A stretch of DNA of 64,000 nucleotides, taken from positions 3,456,001 through 3,520,000 of the forward strand of contig OZ252299.1 in assembly GCA_965250285.1 (NCBI GenBank), read 5' to 3'. Origin of the DNA: Myxococcota bacterium (GTDB lineage Bacteria > Myxococcota_A > UBA9160 > UBA4427). Position 1 is the first letter of the stretch. Every line of letters starts with the position of its first letter. The notes below the pieces were generated by a model, which was given only the letters and a program-made list of their open reading frames with translations, searched no databases and was not told where the DNA came from. Both the position numbers and the translations under genes were made by a program. Of the stretch, positions 48,317-59,128 are shown piece by piece.

Positions 48317-48840
48317 TCGAGTTTGCCCCCGAGAAGACCTGGCTGCCGGTCGAACAACGCATGGAGGACGAGACCAACCCGCGCATCCGCTCGAACCTCG
48401 AAGAGGTGCGCAACCACATGCGCGCCGAGATTCGAGGCGAGCACGGCCCGCTGATGGAGACGCTCACCCAGGATCCGCAGTATCACATGTGGGGCCTCCC
48501 CGAAGAGACCGGGCCGAAGGGGCGCGAAGTCGTCTCGGAGTTCTACGAGAACATGATCGCCACGGGCGGCAACCGGTTTCACTTCGACGTGCGACTGATC
48601 TGCGCCGATGAGCGCTCGGTCGTGACCGAGGGCGTCATGCGCACGCTGTTCACCGGACAGGTGGTGAAGGCGATGGGCATCGAAGAGGTCGAGGGAGAAG
48701 CGGTCGAGGACAAAGACGAGTACGTGAGCGAGTGGCAGATCCTCACGGTGTGGCCCATCGACGAAGCGGGCAAGATCATCGGGGAAGACATCTACTTCGG
48801 AAGCACGCCGATGAAGACAATCGGCCGGCGCGCACCGTGA
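48313..48840 (+). CDS. SnoaL/NTF2-like protein
   Basis: AAGGAG RBS and GTGA overlap; HMRAE...LMETL..DPQYH...GREVV..FY...IIGEDIYF pattern. Confidence 0.7.
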   Translation: MIEFAPEKTWLPVEQRMEDETNPRIRSNLEEVRNHMRAEIRGEHGPLMETLTQDPQYHMWGLPEETGPKGREVVSEFYENMIATGGNRFHFDVRLICADERSVVTEGVMRTLFTGQVVKAMGIEEVEGEAVEDKDEYVSEWQILTVWPIDEAGKIIGEDIYFGSTPMKTIGRRAP

Positions 48841-48880
48841 CCGACGAAACGGGGTGCGCGCCGGCCGCCGGATCGACGAC

Positions 48881-49825
48881 GTGACGATCGATCTCGGGGG
48901 CCGGGTCGCCATCGTGACCGGCGCGGGACGAGGCATCGGGCGCGCGACCGCGCTCGAGCTCGCGCGCCTCGGCGCGAGCGTCGTGGTGAACGATCTCGGC
49001 GTCACGACCGATGGCGCACACGCCGACGATGCGCCGGCTACGCAGGTCGTGCGTGAGATCGAGGCCGCAGGCGGACGCGCTGCCGCCAGCACCGACTCGG
49101 TCGCCGAGTTCGACGGGGCCCGCGCCATCGTCGCGACGGCCGTCGAGCAGTTCGGTGGCGTCGACATTCTCGTGAACAACGCCGGCCTATCGGCCGGTGC
49201 ACCGATCTGGGCACTCGCCCCGGATCTCTTCGAGCGCGTCTGCTTCTCGCACGTCGTCGGCGCGTTCAACTGCACGCGCTGCGCCGTCCCCGTGATGATG
49301 GATCGAGGCTTCGGCCGCATCGTGAACCTCGTCTCGCGAGCCGGCCTGCTCGGCATGCCGGGGACGGCTGCGTACGGCGCCGGCAAGGGCGGTGTCTTCG
49401 GGTTGACCAACGTGACCAGTCGCGATCTCGCGCCCCATGGCATTACGGTCAACGCCGTGAACCCGGCCGCCACCGATACCCGCATGGTGACCGAAGCCAT
49501 CGATCGCATGCAGAGCGACGGCGACCCCGAATCGATCGACGTCGCGCGCGGCCTCCGTGCAGCGCTGCAGCGTCCCGAGGCGGTGGCCTCGGTCATCGGA
49601 GCGCTCTGCTCGCCCCAGGCGAGCGGGATCACCGGCGAGATCTTCTACGTATCGGGCGACGAGGTGGGCGTCTTCGAGCCGCTGCACGTGCGGCAGACGC
49701 GGCGGCGCGAAGACGGGTGGACGAGCGAGGCGCTCGTCGACGTGCTCGGCGAGTTCGAGACGCACGCGCTCGAGGGCCCGTACTCGGGCGAGCGCGAAGC
49801 GACCGACGGCGACGACACGACCTGA
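48881..49825 (+). CDS. short-chain dehydrogenase/reductase (start 48854 or 48881)
   Basis: Motifs [26 protein letters not shown] and VNAVNP. Confidence 0.92.
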   Translation: MTIDLGGRVAIVTGAGRGIGRATALELARLGASVVVNDLGVTTDGAHADDAPATQVVREIEAAGGRAAASTDSVAEFDGARAIVATAVEQFGGVDILVNNAGLSAGAPIWALAPDLFERVCFSHVVGAFNCTRCAVPVMMDRGFGRIVNLVSRAGLLGMPGTAAYGAGKGGVFGLTNVTSRDLAPHGITVNAVNPAATDTRMVTEAIDRMQSDGDPESIDVARGLRAALQRPEAVASVIGALCSPQASGITGEIFYVSGDEVGVFEPLHVRQTRRREDGWTSEALVDVLGEFETHALEGPYSGEREATDGDDTT

Positions 49826-50384
49826 TCGCGCGAGCGGCGCACGCGTCCGCATCGGCTTGCCGGACCGGCCGCCGGGTGTCTCGCGCTACGCGCGAAACCC
49901 ATCGAGCTCGCGCCTCGATCGCGCATCGACCGCGTTGCTCCCCCCACGATGCTCCCACCCCGAGCGTCTTCAACGCGGCTCCTGGCCAGCGGGTTGCCGC
50001 AACCAATCGCAGCACGCCCAGGAGCGGCTCCTCAATCCACGGGCACCCGCCGTGAAATTACGCCCGGCTGCGCGTGCTCTTCGCCCCGATCCGACACGCG
50101 TCGGTGGCGAGCGTGCGCATGGGTTGGCCGCGCTCGACCTGGACGACCTCAGGACAACGCGCGCTCAGCGGCACGCGGCGCCCGTGCTGACGGCCGCCCC
50201 GCGTGAAGATTTCCGACCCGCACCTGATCGAATCGAAATGAGGTGCAATCGTCTGCAGCAGTGGCGACGGCGGTGGCTACGCCGAAGCTTCGGACGAGCG
50301 CACGGGCCAACCACCATCGCATCGACACGTCCACTGCGGTGGGGACCCGTTCGGCGCTCGCGCAGCCAAACGGGGGATTCGCAC

Positions 50385-51836
50385 ATGAGCGATGCGTCGT
50401 CGGTGTCGAGCGGGTCCGACGCCTACAACTACACGGTGGTGCGCCAGTTCACGATCATGACGATCGTCTGGGGCATCGTCGGCATGCTGGTCGGTGTCGT
50501 GATCGCAGCACAGCTCGCGTGGCCCGAGCTGAACTTCGACGTGCCGTGGCTGTCGTACGGCCGTCTGCGGCCTCTGCACACCAACGCGGTGATCTTCGCA
50601 TTCGGTGGGTGCGCACTGTTCGCGACGTCGTACTACTGCGTGCAGCGCACCTGCCAGGCCGGGCTCTTCGGTGGTCCGCTCGTCGCATTCACGTTCTGGG
50701 GCTGGCAGCTCGTCATCGTCGCGGCCGCGATCAGCCTGCCCCTCGGCATCACGGCGACGAAAGAGTACGCCGAGCTCGAGTGGCCGATCGATGTGTTGAT
50801 CGCGCTGGTGTGGGTCGCGTACGCGGTCGTCTTCTTCGGGACGATCGTGAAGCGCAAGACCCCCCACATCTATGTCGCCAACTGGTTCTACGGGGCGTTC
50901 ATCCTGACCGTCGCTGTGCTGCACATCGTGAACAGCCTGGCGATCCCGGTCACGATGACGAAGTCGTACTCGATCTACCCGGGCGCCCTCGATGCCATGG
51001 TTCAGTGGTGGTACGGACACAACGCCGTGGGCTTCTTCCTGACCGCCGGGTTCCTCGGCATGATGTACTACTACGTACCGAAGCAGGCCGAGCGTCCGAT
51101 CTACTCGTACCGGCTCTCGATCGTCCACTTCTGGGCGTTGATCTCGATCTACATGTGGGCGGGTCCGCACCACCTGCACTACTCGTCGCTGCCCGACTGG
51201 GTGCAGTCGGTCGGCATGGTGTTCTCGTTGATCCTGCTCGCCCCAAGCTGGGGAGGCATGATCAACGGCATCATGACCTTGAGCGGCGCCTGGGAGAAGC
51301 TGCGCGACGACCCGGTGATTCGATTCATGGTCGTCTCACTCTCGTTCTACGGCATGTCGACCTTCGAGGGCCCGATGATGTCGATCAAGACCGTGAACGC
51401 GCTCTCGCATTTCACCGACTGGACGATCGGCCACGTCCACTCCGGCGCGCTCGGATGGGTCGCGATGATGACCATCGGATCGCTCTACTACCTGATCCCG
51501 CGGCTCTACGGACAGACGCAGATGTGGAGCGTGCGGCTGATCAACACGCACTTCTGGCTCTCGACCATCGGCGTCGTGCTCTATGTCGCCAACATGTGGA
51601 TCGCGGGCGTGATGCAGGGCCTGATGTGGCGCGCGGTGAACGAGGACGGGACGTTGACGTACACGTTCGTCGAGAGCCTCGAAGCGACGTGGCCCTACTA
51701 CGTCGGTCGCCTGCTCGGAGGATTCGTCTTCTTCACGGGCATGTTCGTCATGGCGTACAACACGTGGAAGACGGCGAGCGGGTCTGGAGCCGAGGCGAGC
51801 GACGAGTCGCTGGCACCGGTGGAGGTGCCGGCGTGA
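50385..51836 (+). CDS. ccoN: cbb3-type cytochrome c oxidase subunit I
   Basis: Motifs [47 protein letters not shown] and [13 protein letters not shown]. Confidence 0.97.
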   Translation: MSDASSVSSGSDAYNYTVVRQFTIMTIVWGIVGMLVGVVIAAQLAWPELNFDVPWLSYGRLRPLHTNAVIFAFGGCALFATSYYCVQRTCQAGLFGGPLVAFTFWGWQLVIVAAAISLPLGITATKEYAELEWPIDVLIALVWVAYAVVFFGTIVKRKTPHIYVANWFYGAFILTVAVLHIVNSLAIPVTMTKSYSIYPGALDAMVQWWYGHNAVGFFLTAGFLGMMYYYVPKQAERPIYSYRLSIVHFWALISIYMWAGPHHLHYSSLPDWVQSVGMVFSLILLAPSWGGMINGIMTLSGAWEKLRDDPVIRFMVVSLSFYGMSTFEGPMMSIKTVNALSHFTDWTIGHVHSGALGWVAMMTIGSLYYLIPRLYGQTQMWSVRLINTHFWLSTIGVVLYVANMWIAGVMQGLMWRAVNEDGTLTYTFVESLEATWPYYVGRLLGGFVFFTGMFVMAYNTWKTASGSGAEASDESLAPVEVPA

Positions 51837-52444
51837 ATCACGATCTCATCGAAAAGAACATCGGGCTCATGATGGTGCTGATCGTCGTGGTGATCAGTCT
51901 CGGCGGGCTGGCCGAGATCCTCCCGCTCTTCGCCGAAGGCATCGCGAGCGAGCCGGTCCCCGGCCTTCGCCCGCTCACCGCGCTCGAGCTCGAGGGACGC
52001 GACATCTACCAGCGCGAAGGCTGCATCGGCTGCCACTCGCAGATGATCCGCCCACTGCGGGCCGAGACCGAGCGCTATGGCCACTACTCGCTCTCCGGCG
52101 AGGTGGCGTACGAGCATCCGTTCTTGTGGGGCTCGAAGCGCACGGGGCCCGACCTCGCTCGCGTCGGGGGTCGCTACAGCGACGACTGGCACCGACAGCA
52201 TCTGATCAATCCGCGCATCCTCGTGCCCGAATCGAACATGCCCGGCTTTCCGTGGCTCGAAGAGACGCTGCTCGATGGCGCCGAGACCGGCGCCAAGATG
52301 TCGGCGCTCAGGATCGTGGGCGTGCCGTACACCGACGATCAGATCGAAGGCGCCCAGGCCGCCGTCGCGGGCAAGACCGAGATGCAGGCGGTGATCGCCT
52401 ACCTCCAGCAGCTGGGCACCCACCTCGACCGGGGGGCGCGCTGA
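51833..52444 (+). CDS. ccoO: cbb3-type cytochrome c oxidase subunit II
   Basis: [35 protein letters not shown] and PESNMP; GTGA overlap. Confidence 0.96.
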   Translation: MNHDLIEKNIGLMMVLIVVVISLGGLAEILPLFAEGIASEPVPGLRPLTALELEGRDIYQREGCIGCHSQMIRPLRAETERYGHYSLSGEVAYEHPFLWGSKRTGPDLARVGGRYSDDWHRQHLINPRILVPESNMPGFPWLEETLLDGAETGAKMSALRIVGVPYTDDQIEGAQAAVAGKTEMQAVIAYLQQLGTHLDRGAR

Positions 52445-52623
52445 TGGAAATGGGTTGGGCGCGCGGCGTGATCGCCGTGCTCACGCTGGTCGTGTTCCTC
52501 GGAATCTGCTGGTGGGCCTATCGGCCGGGGAACAAAGAGCGGTTCGAGGAAGACGCGATGATGCCGTTCGCAGACGACGACACGTCGGCGCGTGACGAAG
52601 GCGACGAAGGAGCGAATCGATGA
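52444..52623 (+). CDS. ccoQ: cbb3-type oxidase small subunit
   Basis: [42 protein letters not shown]; located between ccoO and ccoP. Confidence 0.9.
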   Translation: MEMGWARGVIAVLTLVVFLGICWWAYRPGNKERFEEDAMMPFADDDTSARDEGDEGANR

Positions 52624-53516
52624 GTACCGGCTGGAGCATCTTCGTCATCGTGCTCATCGTGGTCAACGTCGTCGGCTGCATGTGGCTGCTGTTCGCGAAC
52701 CGCACCATCAAGGTCGACCCGGAGACCAAGGGCAAGTCACTGGGCCACGACTTCGACGGGATCGAAGAGCTGAACAACCCACTCCCGGCATGGTGGAGCT
52801 GGCTCTTCGTGCTCACGGTGGTGTTCTCGATCGCCTACTTCGTGCTGTACCCGGGCTTCGGCAACGTCGCTGGCGTGCTCGGGTGGACGTCGACCAATCA
52901 GTACGACGCCGAGGTGGCGGCCGCCGACGCACAGTGGGGGCCGATCTTCCGTGGCTACCTCGAGACGCCGATCCCCGATCTGCTGAACGACGAGCGGGCG
53001 CTGCGCATGGGCGGGCGCATCTTCGCGAACAACTGCTCGCCCTGTCATGGATCGGACGCGCGCGGCAACACGGGCTACCCGAACCTGACCGACGGCGACT
53101 GGCTCTACGGCGGTACACCCGAGGCCATCGTGCACTCGGTCACCCACGGCCGAAACGGCCTGATGCCGCCGTTCGGCGATGCGGTGGGGGGCGAGCCCGG
53201 GATCGCCGCTGTGACCGAGTACGTGCTGTCGCTCTCGGGCCGCGAGCACGACGCCGCGCTGGCCGCCGACGGCAAGCAGCACTTCGATACGATCTGCATG
53301 GCGTGCCACGGCATGGACGGAACCGGGAACCAGGCCATGGGCGCACCGAACCTGACCGACGACATCTGGCTGCACGGGGGTCGACGCGAAGACATCCAGT
53401 ATCAGGTGCGCGTCGGAAGGCTCAACCAGATGCCCGCCTGGGGGCCGATCCTCGGCGACGAGCGCGTGCATCTCGTCGCGGCCTACGTGCTCTCGCTCTC
53501 CCAGGGCGACGAGTAA
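52620..53516 (+). CDS. ccoP: cbb3-type cytochrome c oxidase subunit III (diheme)
   Basis: GHDFDGIEELNNPLPAWW and two heme motifs, CSPCH and CMACH. Confidence 0.96.
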   Translation: MSTGWSIFVIVLIVVNVVGCMWLLFANRTIKVDPETKGKSLGHDFDGIEELNNPLPAWWSWLFVLTVVFSIAYFVLYPGFGNVAGVLGWTSTNQYDAEVAAADAQWGPIFRGYLETPIPDLLNDERALRMGGRIFANNCSPCHGSDARGNTGYPNLTDGDWLYGGTPEAIVHSVTHGRNGLMPPFGDAVGGEPGIAAVTEYVLSLSGREHDAALAADGKQHFDTICMACHGMDGTGNQAMGAPNLTDDIWLHGGRREDIQYQVRVGRLNQMPAWGPILGDERVHLVAAYVLSLSQGDE

Positions 53517-53590
53517 CCCGCGTCGACGGATCGACCCATCCAACCCGACCGAGAGCCCCTCGAAGGACGCCCGCTGAGACAGGATCTGCC

Positions 53591-55009
53591 GTGAACACCG
53601 CCGCCCCTCAATCCGAACCCGAGACGATCTCCCTCTACGAGAAGTGGCGGAAGATCTACCCCCTGTGGGTCGACGGATCGTTCCAGACCTGGCGTCGGAT
53701 CACGCTCGTCGTCCTGCTGCTGATCTTCTACGTGAGTCCGTGGCTCACCTGGAACGGGCAGCGCGGCGTGCACTTCGACCTCGAGCATCGCCGCTTCACC
53801 CTGGCATTCGTGACCTTCGTGCCCGAAGAGTTCTACCTGCTTGCCTGGGCGCTGATCATCGCCGCGTTCACGCTGTTCTTCGTCACGGTGGTCGCCGGGC
53901 GCATCTTCTGTGGCTGGGCCTGCCCGCAGACCGTCTGGTCGCTGGTCTACTTCACGATCGAGTACCTGGTCGAGGGCGACCGCAGCGCGCGAATGCGCCT
54001 CGACCAGGGGCGATGGAACGCCAACCGGATTCGCAAGAAGCTGCTCAAGTTCTCTCTGTGGACAGTGCTAGCACTCTCGATCTCGATCACGTTCATGGGC
54101 TACTTCCAGCCCTTGCCCGAGTTCTTGCCGCGGCTCGCGCGCGGCGACCTCTCGGGCATGGAGTGGGCGATGATCGGCCTGCCCGCGCTCGCCACGTTCA
54201 TGATGCAGGGCGTGCTTCGCGAGCAGGTCTGCTTTCACATGTGCCCGTACGCGCGATTCCAGAGCGTGATGTTCGACCGCGACACGCTGATCATTGCCTA
54301 CGACAAGGAGCGCGGAGAACCCCGGGGCAAGCGCCGGCGCGGCACCGACCCCGACGAAGCCGGCCTCGGGTCATGCATCGACTGCAAGAAGTGCGTGAGC
54401 GTGTGTCCGACCGGCATCGACATTCGCGAAGGCCTGCAATACCAGTGCATCGGCTGCGCGAACTGCATCGACGTGTGCAACGACGTGATGGACCAGATGG
54501 GCTACCCGCGCGATCTCGTTCGCTACAGCAGCGAGAATCGCGACGAACACGCACCACGACACAAGCTGCGCCCGCGCCTCGTCGGCTACCTGGCCATGCT
54601 CGTCCTGGTCTCGAGCCTCTTCGGTTGGCAGGTGACTCACCGAGAAGCGCTCTCGATGGACGTGTCGCGCGATCGGTCGCGTCTGTACCGAGAGAACTGG
54701 GATGGCAGCGTCGAGAACGTCTACACCCTGCACGTGCAGAATCGGACCGACGCACCGGCCGCCTACGCGCTGACCGTCGACGCCGAGGTGCCCCTGACTT
54801 GGGAAGGGCCGGAGCAGATCGAGTTGGCTGCGCGCGAACGTCAGAGCGTATCGATCCGCCTCGTGATGAGCCCCGAAACCCCGACGAGCAGCACGCAGAG
54901 CCCCGTGTTCTTCGACATCCGAGCGCTCGGCGAGAGCGACGCCAGTGCGCGCAAGCAGAGCCGGTTCATCCGGCCCGAAGAGGTGTACCGAGAGGGGGGC
55001 TCCCCGTGA
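53591..55009 (+). CDS. ccoG: cytochrome oxidase accessory ferredoxin-like protein
   Basis: GRIFCGWACPQTVW, CFHMCPYARFQ, CIDCKKCVSVCPTGIDIR and CIGCANCIDVC. Confidence 0.94.
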   Translation: MNTAAPQSEPETISLYEKWRKIYPLWVDGSFQTWRRITLVVLLLIFYVSPWLTWNGQRGVHFDLEHRRFTLAFVTFVPEEFYLLAWALIIAAFTLFFVTVVAGRIFCGWACPQTVWSLVYFTIEYLVEGDRSARMRLDQGRWNANRIRKKLLKFSLWTVLALSISITFMGYFQPLPEFLPRLARGDLSGMEWAMIGLPALATFMMQGVLREQVCFHMCPYARFQSVMFDRDTLIIAYDKERGEPRGKRRRGTDPDEAGLGSCIDCKKCVSVCPTGIDIREGLQYQCIGCANCIDVCNDVMDQMGYPRDLVRYSSENRDEHAPRHKLRPRLVGYLAMLVLVSSLFGWQVTHREALSMDVSRDRSRLYRENWDGSVENVYTLHVQNRTDAPAAYALTVDAEVPLTWEGPEQIELAARERQSVSIRLVMSPETPTSSTQSPVFFDIRALGESDASARKQSRFIRPEEVYREGGSP

Positions 55010-55557
55010 GCACGACGGCCCCCCTGCCCTGGTACCGGCACTTCTGGCCCTGGTTCGTGCTCGGCCTGCTCGGCACTTCCATCGTCGGCAGCCTGACGAC
55101 CGTGTACATCGCGTTCTCGGGTCGCGACCCCGAGGTGCGCGACACCTGGTCGAGTGACGCCAAGGCCGTCACGCGCGACGACGCGCCTGATCAGCTCGCG
55201 GATGCACTGGGCCTGAGCGCACGGATCGTCGCGCTCGACGGTGCACCGATCGTGCGCGTGACCCTCTTCAGCACCGCCGACGCCGCGCTGGCCGATCGAA
55301 TCACCGCCCGGCTCGTCCACCCGACGCTCCAGCAGCGCGACCTCGAGATCACGCTGCGGAGTGTGGGCGTCGACGCGTACGAAGGCGAGCTCGCTTCGCC
55401 GATCACGGGGCGATTCCACCTGCTGCTCGAGGGTGAAGCACGCGTTCTGGGCGAGGCCGAACCCGCGCCCTGGCGGCTCGGCACCCGGACCGACGTCGTC
55501 CGCGGCCGCGCGATCGAGATCGGCCCGATCCCCGACGCCGGTCGGGTCGGCTCTTGA
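55006..55557 (+). CDS. ccoH: FixH/CcoH family protein
   Basis: PWYRHFWPWF plus a TM helix, and HPT..RD; operon position. Confidence 0.85.
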   Translation: MSTTAPLPWYRHFWPWFVLGLLGTSIVGSLTTVYIAFSGRDPEVRDTWSSDAKAVTRDDAPDQLADALGLSARIVALDGAPIVRVTLFSTADAALADRITARLVHPTLQQRDLEITLRSVGVDAYEGELASPITGRFHLLLEGEARVLGEAEPAPWRLGTRTDVVRGRAIEIGPIPDAGRVGS

Positions 55558-58010
55558 CTGCCGCGCCGCAGGACGGCGGCGGCGACTGCTTTCACTGCGG
55601 GCTTCCGATCCCGCGCGGCTTTCATGCCGAGGCCTTCGTGCTCGGCGCCGCGCGGCCGATGTGCTGTCATGGCTGCGCCGCCGTGGCGCGGACGCTCGAA
55701 GCGCAGGGTCTCTCGGACTACTACCGACATCGCACCGAACGTCCGATGACGCCGGCCGAGCTGCCCTCGGCCCTCGAGGCCGAGCTCGTGCCCTTCACGT
55801 CTGCGGATCTCGCCCATGACGTGGCACCCCTCGACGATGACGGCCTTCGCACCGCGTCCCTGCTCGTCGAAGACATGCGCTGCGCCGCCTGCGCCTGGCT
55901 GATCGAAGAGCGCCTTCGAGGCCGACCCGGCGTCGCGCGCGCGAGCGCGAACCTCGGCACACATGTCGTCCACGTCGCGTTCGAGCCCGATACGACCTCG
56001 CTCGACGAGACGCTCCGCACGCTGCACGAGATCGGCTACCGCGCGCGACCTCGTCGCCCCGACACGCTCGCCGCGCACCGCACCCGCGAACACCGCCGCG
56101 CCCTCATCCGACTCGGCGTCGCGGGGCTCGGCGCCATGAACGTCATGACCTACGCCGCGGCGCTCTACGCAGGCGCATTCGTCGGCATGGAGGCTCGCTA
56201 CGAGACGCTCTTTCGGTGGGTGAGCTGGGTGGTCAGCACACCGGTCCTGCTGGTCGCCGGCGAGCCGTTCTTGCGTGCAGCCTGGCGCGACCTGAAGGCG
56301 CGGCGCCCGGGCATGGACGTGCCCATCGCGCTCGCGATGACGAGCGCGTACGTCGCGAGCGCGTGGAACACGTGGCGCGGGACCGGCGAGGTCTACTTCG
56401 ACTCGGTCTGCATGTTTGCGTTCTTCCTGACGCTGGGCCGCTCGATCGAGATGTGGGTGCGGCATCGATCGGAGGACGCGACCGACCGCCTGCTGCGCGC
56501 CGAGCCCGAGACGGCGTGTCGACTCGAGCACGGCGAGGAGAACTGGGTCCCCGCCGCATCGCTCGAGGTCGGCGATCGGGTGCTGGTGAGACCGGGCGAA
56601 TCCATCCCCTGCGACGGGCGGATCGTCGACGGCCGGACGAGCGTCGGCGAATCGCTCTTGACCGGCGAGCCGTGGCCGCGCGACGTCGACGTTGGCGGTC
56701 GTGTCCTCGGCGGCAGCACCAACGTCGATCAGCCGATCGTCGTCGAGGCCGTTCGCCCCGGACGCGAGTCGGTGCTGGCCTCGATCGTCGCGCTGCTCGC
56801 CCGCGCGCAGAGCGAAACGCCCCCCATCGTGCAGCGCGCCGATCGCGTCGCCCGCTGGTTCGTGAGCGGCGTACTGCTGATGGCCACCGGGACGGCCGCG
56901 GTCTGGCTTCGCATTGCGCCCGATCGCGCCTTCGAAGTCACGCTCGCGGTGCTCGTGGCGACCTGCCCCTGTGCGCTGTCGCTCGCCACACCGGTCGCCA
57001 TCGCCGCCGCGCAGTCGGCGCTCGCCGGCGCGGGGTTCCTGGTGACGCGCGGCCACGTGGTCGAAGCGCTGGCCGAGACGCGGCGGATGCTCCTCGACAA
57101 GACCGGCACGCTCACACGCGGACGACCGACGCTCGACGTGACGCACGCCCAGCGCGAGGGCGACCCGAACGCCATGCTCGCGCTCGCGGCCCGCCTCGAG
57201 GTCGGCTCGGAACACCCGGTCGCTCACGCGCTGCTCCGCGCCGCGCAGTCCGTGCCCGCACACGAGGGCGAGCTCACCGAACGACAGGCCGTCCACGGCT
57301 CGGGCATCGAAGCGCTGGTCGATGGTGAGCGCATTCGGATCGGTCGCCCCGACTGGGTCGATGCGCTCGCCACCGACGCGCGCGCTCGGGCCGAAGAGCC
57401 CGCGCAGGACGATCACGTCTGGGTCGCGCTCGGTGACGAGAAGGGGCGCATCGCGCTCTTCGGCCTGATCGACCCGATGCGAGACGATGCGCCTCCGGCC
57501 GTCCACGACCTGCAGGCGCTCGGGCTGACACTCGAGCTCGTCACGGGCGACTCGAGCCCAGCTGCATCGCGGCTCGCCGACGCCCTCGGAATCGAGGAGC
57601 ACGTCACGGGCGCGTCGCCGAACGCCAAGCGGGAGCGGATCCGCACTCTGCAGCGCCAGGGGGAGCGGGTCGCGGCCGTCGGCGATGGCGTGAACGATGC
57701 ACCGCTGCTCGGTCAGGCCGAGGTCAGTATCGCCATGGGCGGCGGCACCGACCTGGCGAAGGTCGGCGCCCACGCCGTGCTCATGAACGATCGACTTCGG
57801 TTGATTCCACGCGCGGTGTCGCATGCGCGCCGAACGCGGCGCATCGTGCGACAGAATCTCGCGTGGGCGGCTGCGTACAACACGGCCGTGATCCCGCTGG
57901 CCGTGCTGGGCGAGCTCGCCCCCTGGCAGTCGGCCCTCGGCATGTCGATCAGCTCGCTGCTGGTCGTGGTCAACGGCGTCCGCGCGGCCCGGTGGAGGGC
58001 GGCGTCATGA
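55554..58010 (+). CDS. ccoI: copper-translocating P1B-type ATPase
   Basis: CFHCG, CCHGC, CAAC, TGE, CPCALSLATP, DKTGTLT, SEHP and GDGVNDAP. Confidence 0.94.
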   Translation: MTAAPQDGGGDCFHCGLPIPRGFHAEAFVLGAARPMCCHGCAAVARTLEAQGLSDYYRHRTERPMTPAELPSALEAELVPFTSADLAHDVAPLDDDGLRTASLLVEDMRCAACAWLIEERLRGRPGVARASANLGTHVVHVAFEPDTTSLDETLRTLHEIGYRARPRRPDTLAAHRTREHRRALIRLGVAGLGAMNVMTYAAALYAGAFVGMEARYETLFRWVSWVVSTPVLLVAGEPFLRAAWRDLKARRPGMDVPIALAMTSAYVASAWNTWRGTGEVYFDSVCMFAFFLTLGRSIEMWVRHRSEDATDRLLRAEPETACRLEHGEENWVPAASLEVGDRVLVRPGESIPCDGRIVDGRTSVGESLLTGEPWPRDVDVGGRVLGGSTNVDQPIVVEAVRPGRESVLASIVALLARAQSETPPIVQRADRVARWFVSGVLLMATGTAAVWLRIAPDRAFEVTLAVLVATCPCALSLATPVAIAAAQSALAGAGFLVTRGHVVEALAETRRMLLDKTGTLTRGRPTLDVTHAQREGDPNAMLALAARLEVGSEHPVAHALLRAAQSVPAHEGELTERQAVHGSGIEALVDGERIRIGRPDWVDALATDARARAEEPAQDDHVWVALGDEKGRIALFGLIDPMRDDAPPAVHDLQALGLTLELVTGDSSPAASRLADALGIEEHVTGASPNAKRERIRTLQRQGERVAAVGDGVNDAPLLGQAEVSIAMGGGTDLAKVGAHAVLMNDRLRLIPRAVSHARRTRRIVRQNLAWAAAYNTAVIPLAVLGELAPWQSALGMSISSLLVVVNGVRAARWRAAS

Positions 58011-58207
58011 ACATTCTGCTGCTGCTGATCCCGCTCGGTCTCGGGCTGCTCGCCATCGCGCTGGGATTTTTCGTGTGGGCCGTCCGAAACGGTCAGCTCG
58101 AAAATCTCGACCAGGAGGGCATGCGCATCCTGTTCGACGAAGACTCGCCGAACGACATCGGCACCGAGCGCCGATCGGATGGCGAACGCAAGGACGAGCC
58201 GTCATGA
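58007..58207 (+). CDS. ccoS: cbb3 oxidase maturation protein
   Basis: MNILLLLIPLGL...FFVWAVRNGQLENLD....RILFDED. Confidence 0.9.
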   Translation: MNILLLLIPLGLGLLAIALGFFVWAVRNGQLENLDQEGMRILFDEDSPNDIGTERRSDGERKDEPS

Positions 58208-59016
58208 GCGAGTCGATGGCGGCATCCACGATCGGCGCGTTCTTGTTCGGTCTGTTCGGGAGCCTCCACTGCGTGGGGATGTGCGGCGGCATCGTGTCGG
58301 CGCTCGGCCAGGCCGGCTCGGCCGGCTCACCGCACGGTGCCAGGGTGGCGACCGAGGCGATCCCCTATCACGTCGGGCGCATTTCGAGCTACGCGGTCGC
58401 CGGCGCAATCGTCGGCCTCGTCGGAGCCGCCTTCGCGCTGAGCCTCGACGTGCGGTGGCTGATGCGACTCGTCGCCGGGCTGCTGCTGATGGCGGCCGGC
58501 GCGTACGTTGCCGGCTGGTGGCTCGGCCTCGCGTCGCTCGAGCGCTGGTTCGCGCCGCTCTGGCAGCGCATCTCGCCCTGGACGAGTCGACTGCTCCCCG
58601 CCGACACCGCGGGTCGACGGCTGGCGCTCGGCGCGCTCTGGGGCTGGCTGCCGTGCGGCCTCGTGTACTCGGCGCTCGTGCTCGCTGCGGCGAGCGGGGG
58701 CGCGACCGCAGGCGCGCTCACGATGCTTGCCTTCGGCCTCGGGACCGCGCCGAGCCTGCTCGCGGTGGGCGCCTTCGGCGGGTTCGTCAGCGGGCTCGGG
58801 CGACGCCTCTCGGTGCGCCGGGGCGCGGGCGTCGCGCTGTGCCTCTTCGGCGTGTGGACGGCCATCGGGCCGGGCCTCTTGCCGGGCGGGCATCATGGGG
58901 CCCACGGCCACGGGGGCGGGCCGTCGCACGCACCGAGCGCGCCGTCCGACCCGACGACCGAGACGCCGTCGCCCCACCATGGCCACCACGAGCACCCCGG
59001 GCCGACGCAGCCCTGA
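58204..59016 (+). CDS. DsbD_2 / TauE-SafE-like membrane protein with His-rich tail
   Basis: GSLHCVGMCGG, YHVGRISSY, GWLPCGLVY and MLAFGLGT; typical last gene of cco clusters. Confidence 0.88.
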   Translation: MSESMAASTIGAFLFGLFGSLHCVGMCGGIVSALGQAGSAGSPHGARVATEAIPYHVGRISSYAVAGAIVGLVGAAFALSLDVRWLMRLVAGLLLMAAGAYVAGWWLGLASLERWFAPLWQRISPWTSRLLPADTAGRRLALGALWGWLPCGLVYSALVLAAASGGATAGALTMLAFGLGTAPSLLAVGAFGGFVSGLGRRLSVRRGAGVALCLFGVWTAIGPGLLPGGHHGAHGHGGGPSHAPSAPSDPTTETPSPHHGHHEHPGPTQP

Positions 59017-59128
59017 CCGCATCGCCCGCCACAAAGGACGTCGCCGCCGCGGGATCTTCACCGGTTGCGGCTGCACCGGGCGGGGCGCGCTCCTATGCTC
59101 GCCGCGTCCACCGCTCGAGGAGGCCCAG

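Noticed and set aside
50224..50238. FNR box upstream of ccoN (CTGATCGAATCGAA)
   Set aside because: Spacing and right half do not fit TTGAT-N4-ATCAA.
55191..57824. Long antisense or alternate-frame ORFs (also 47929-49632, 40423-42654, 20243-21907, 59093-60868, 319-2235)
   Set aside because: Shadow ORFs expected from stop-codon scarcity at high GC; each overlaps a well-supported gene.
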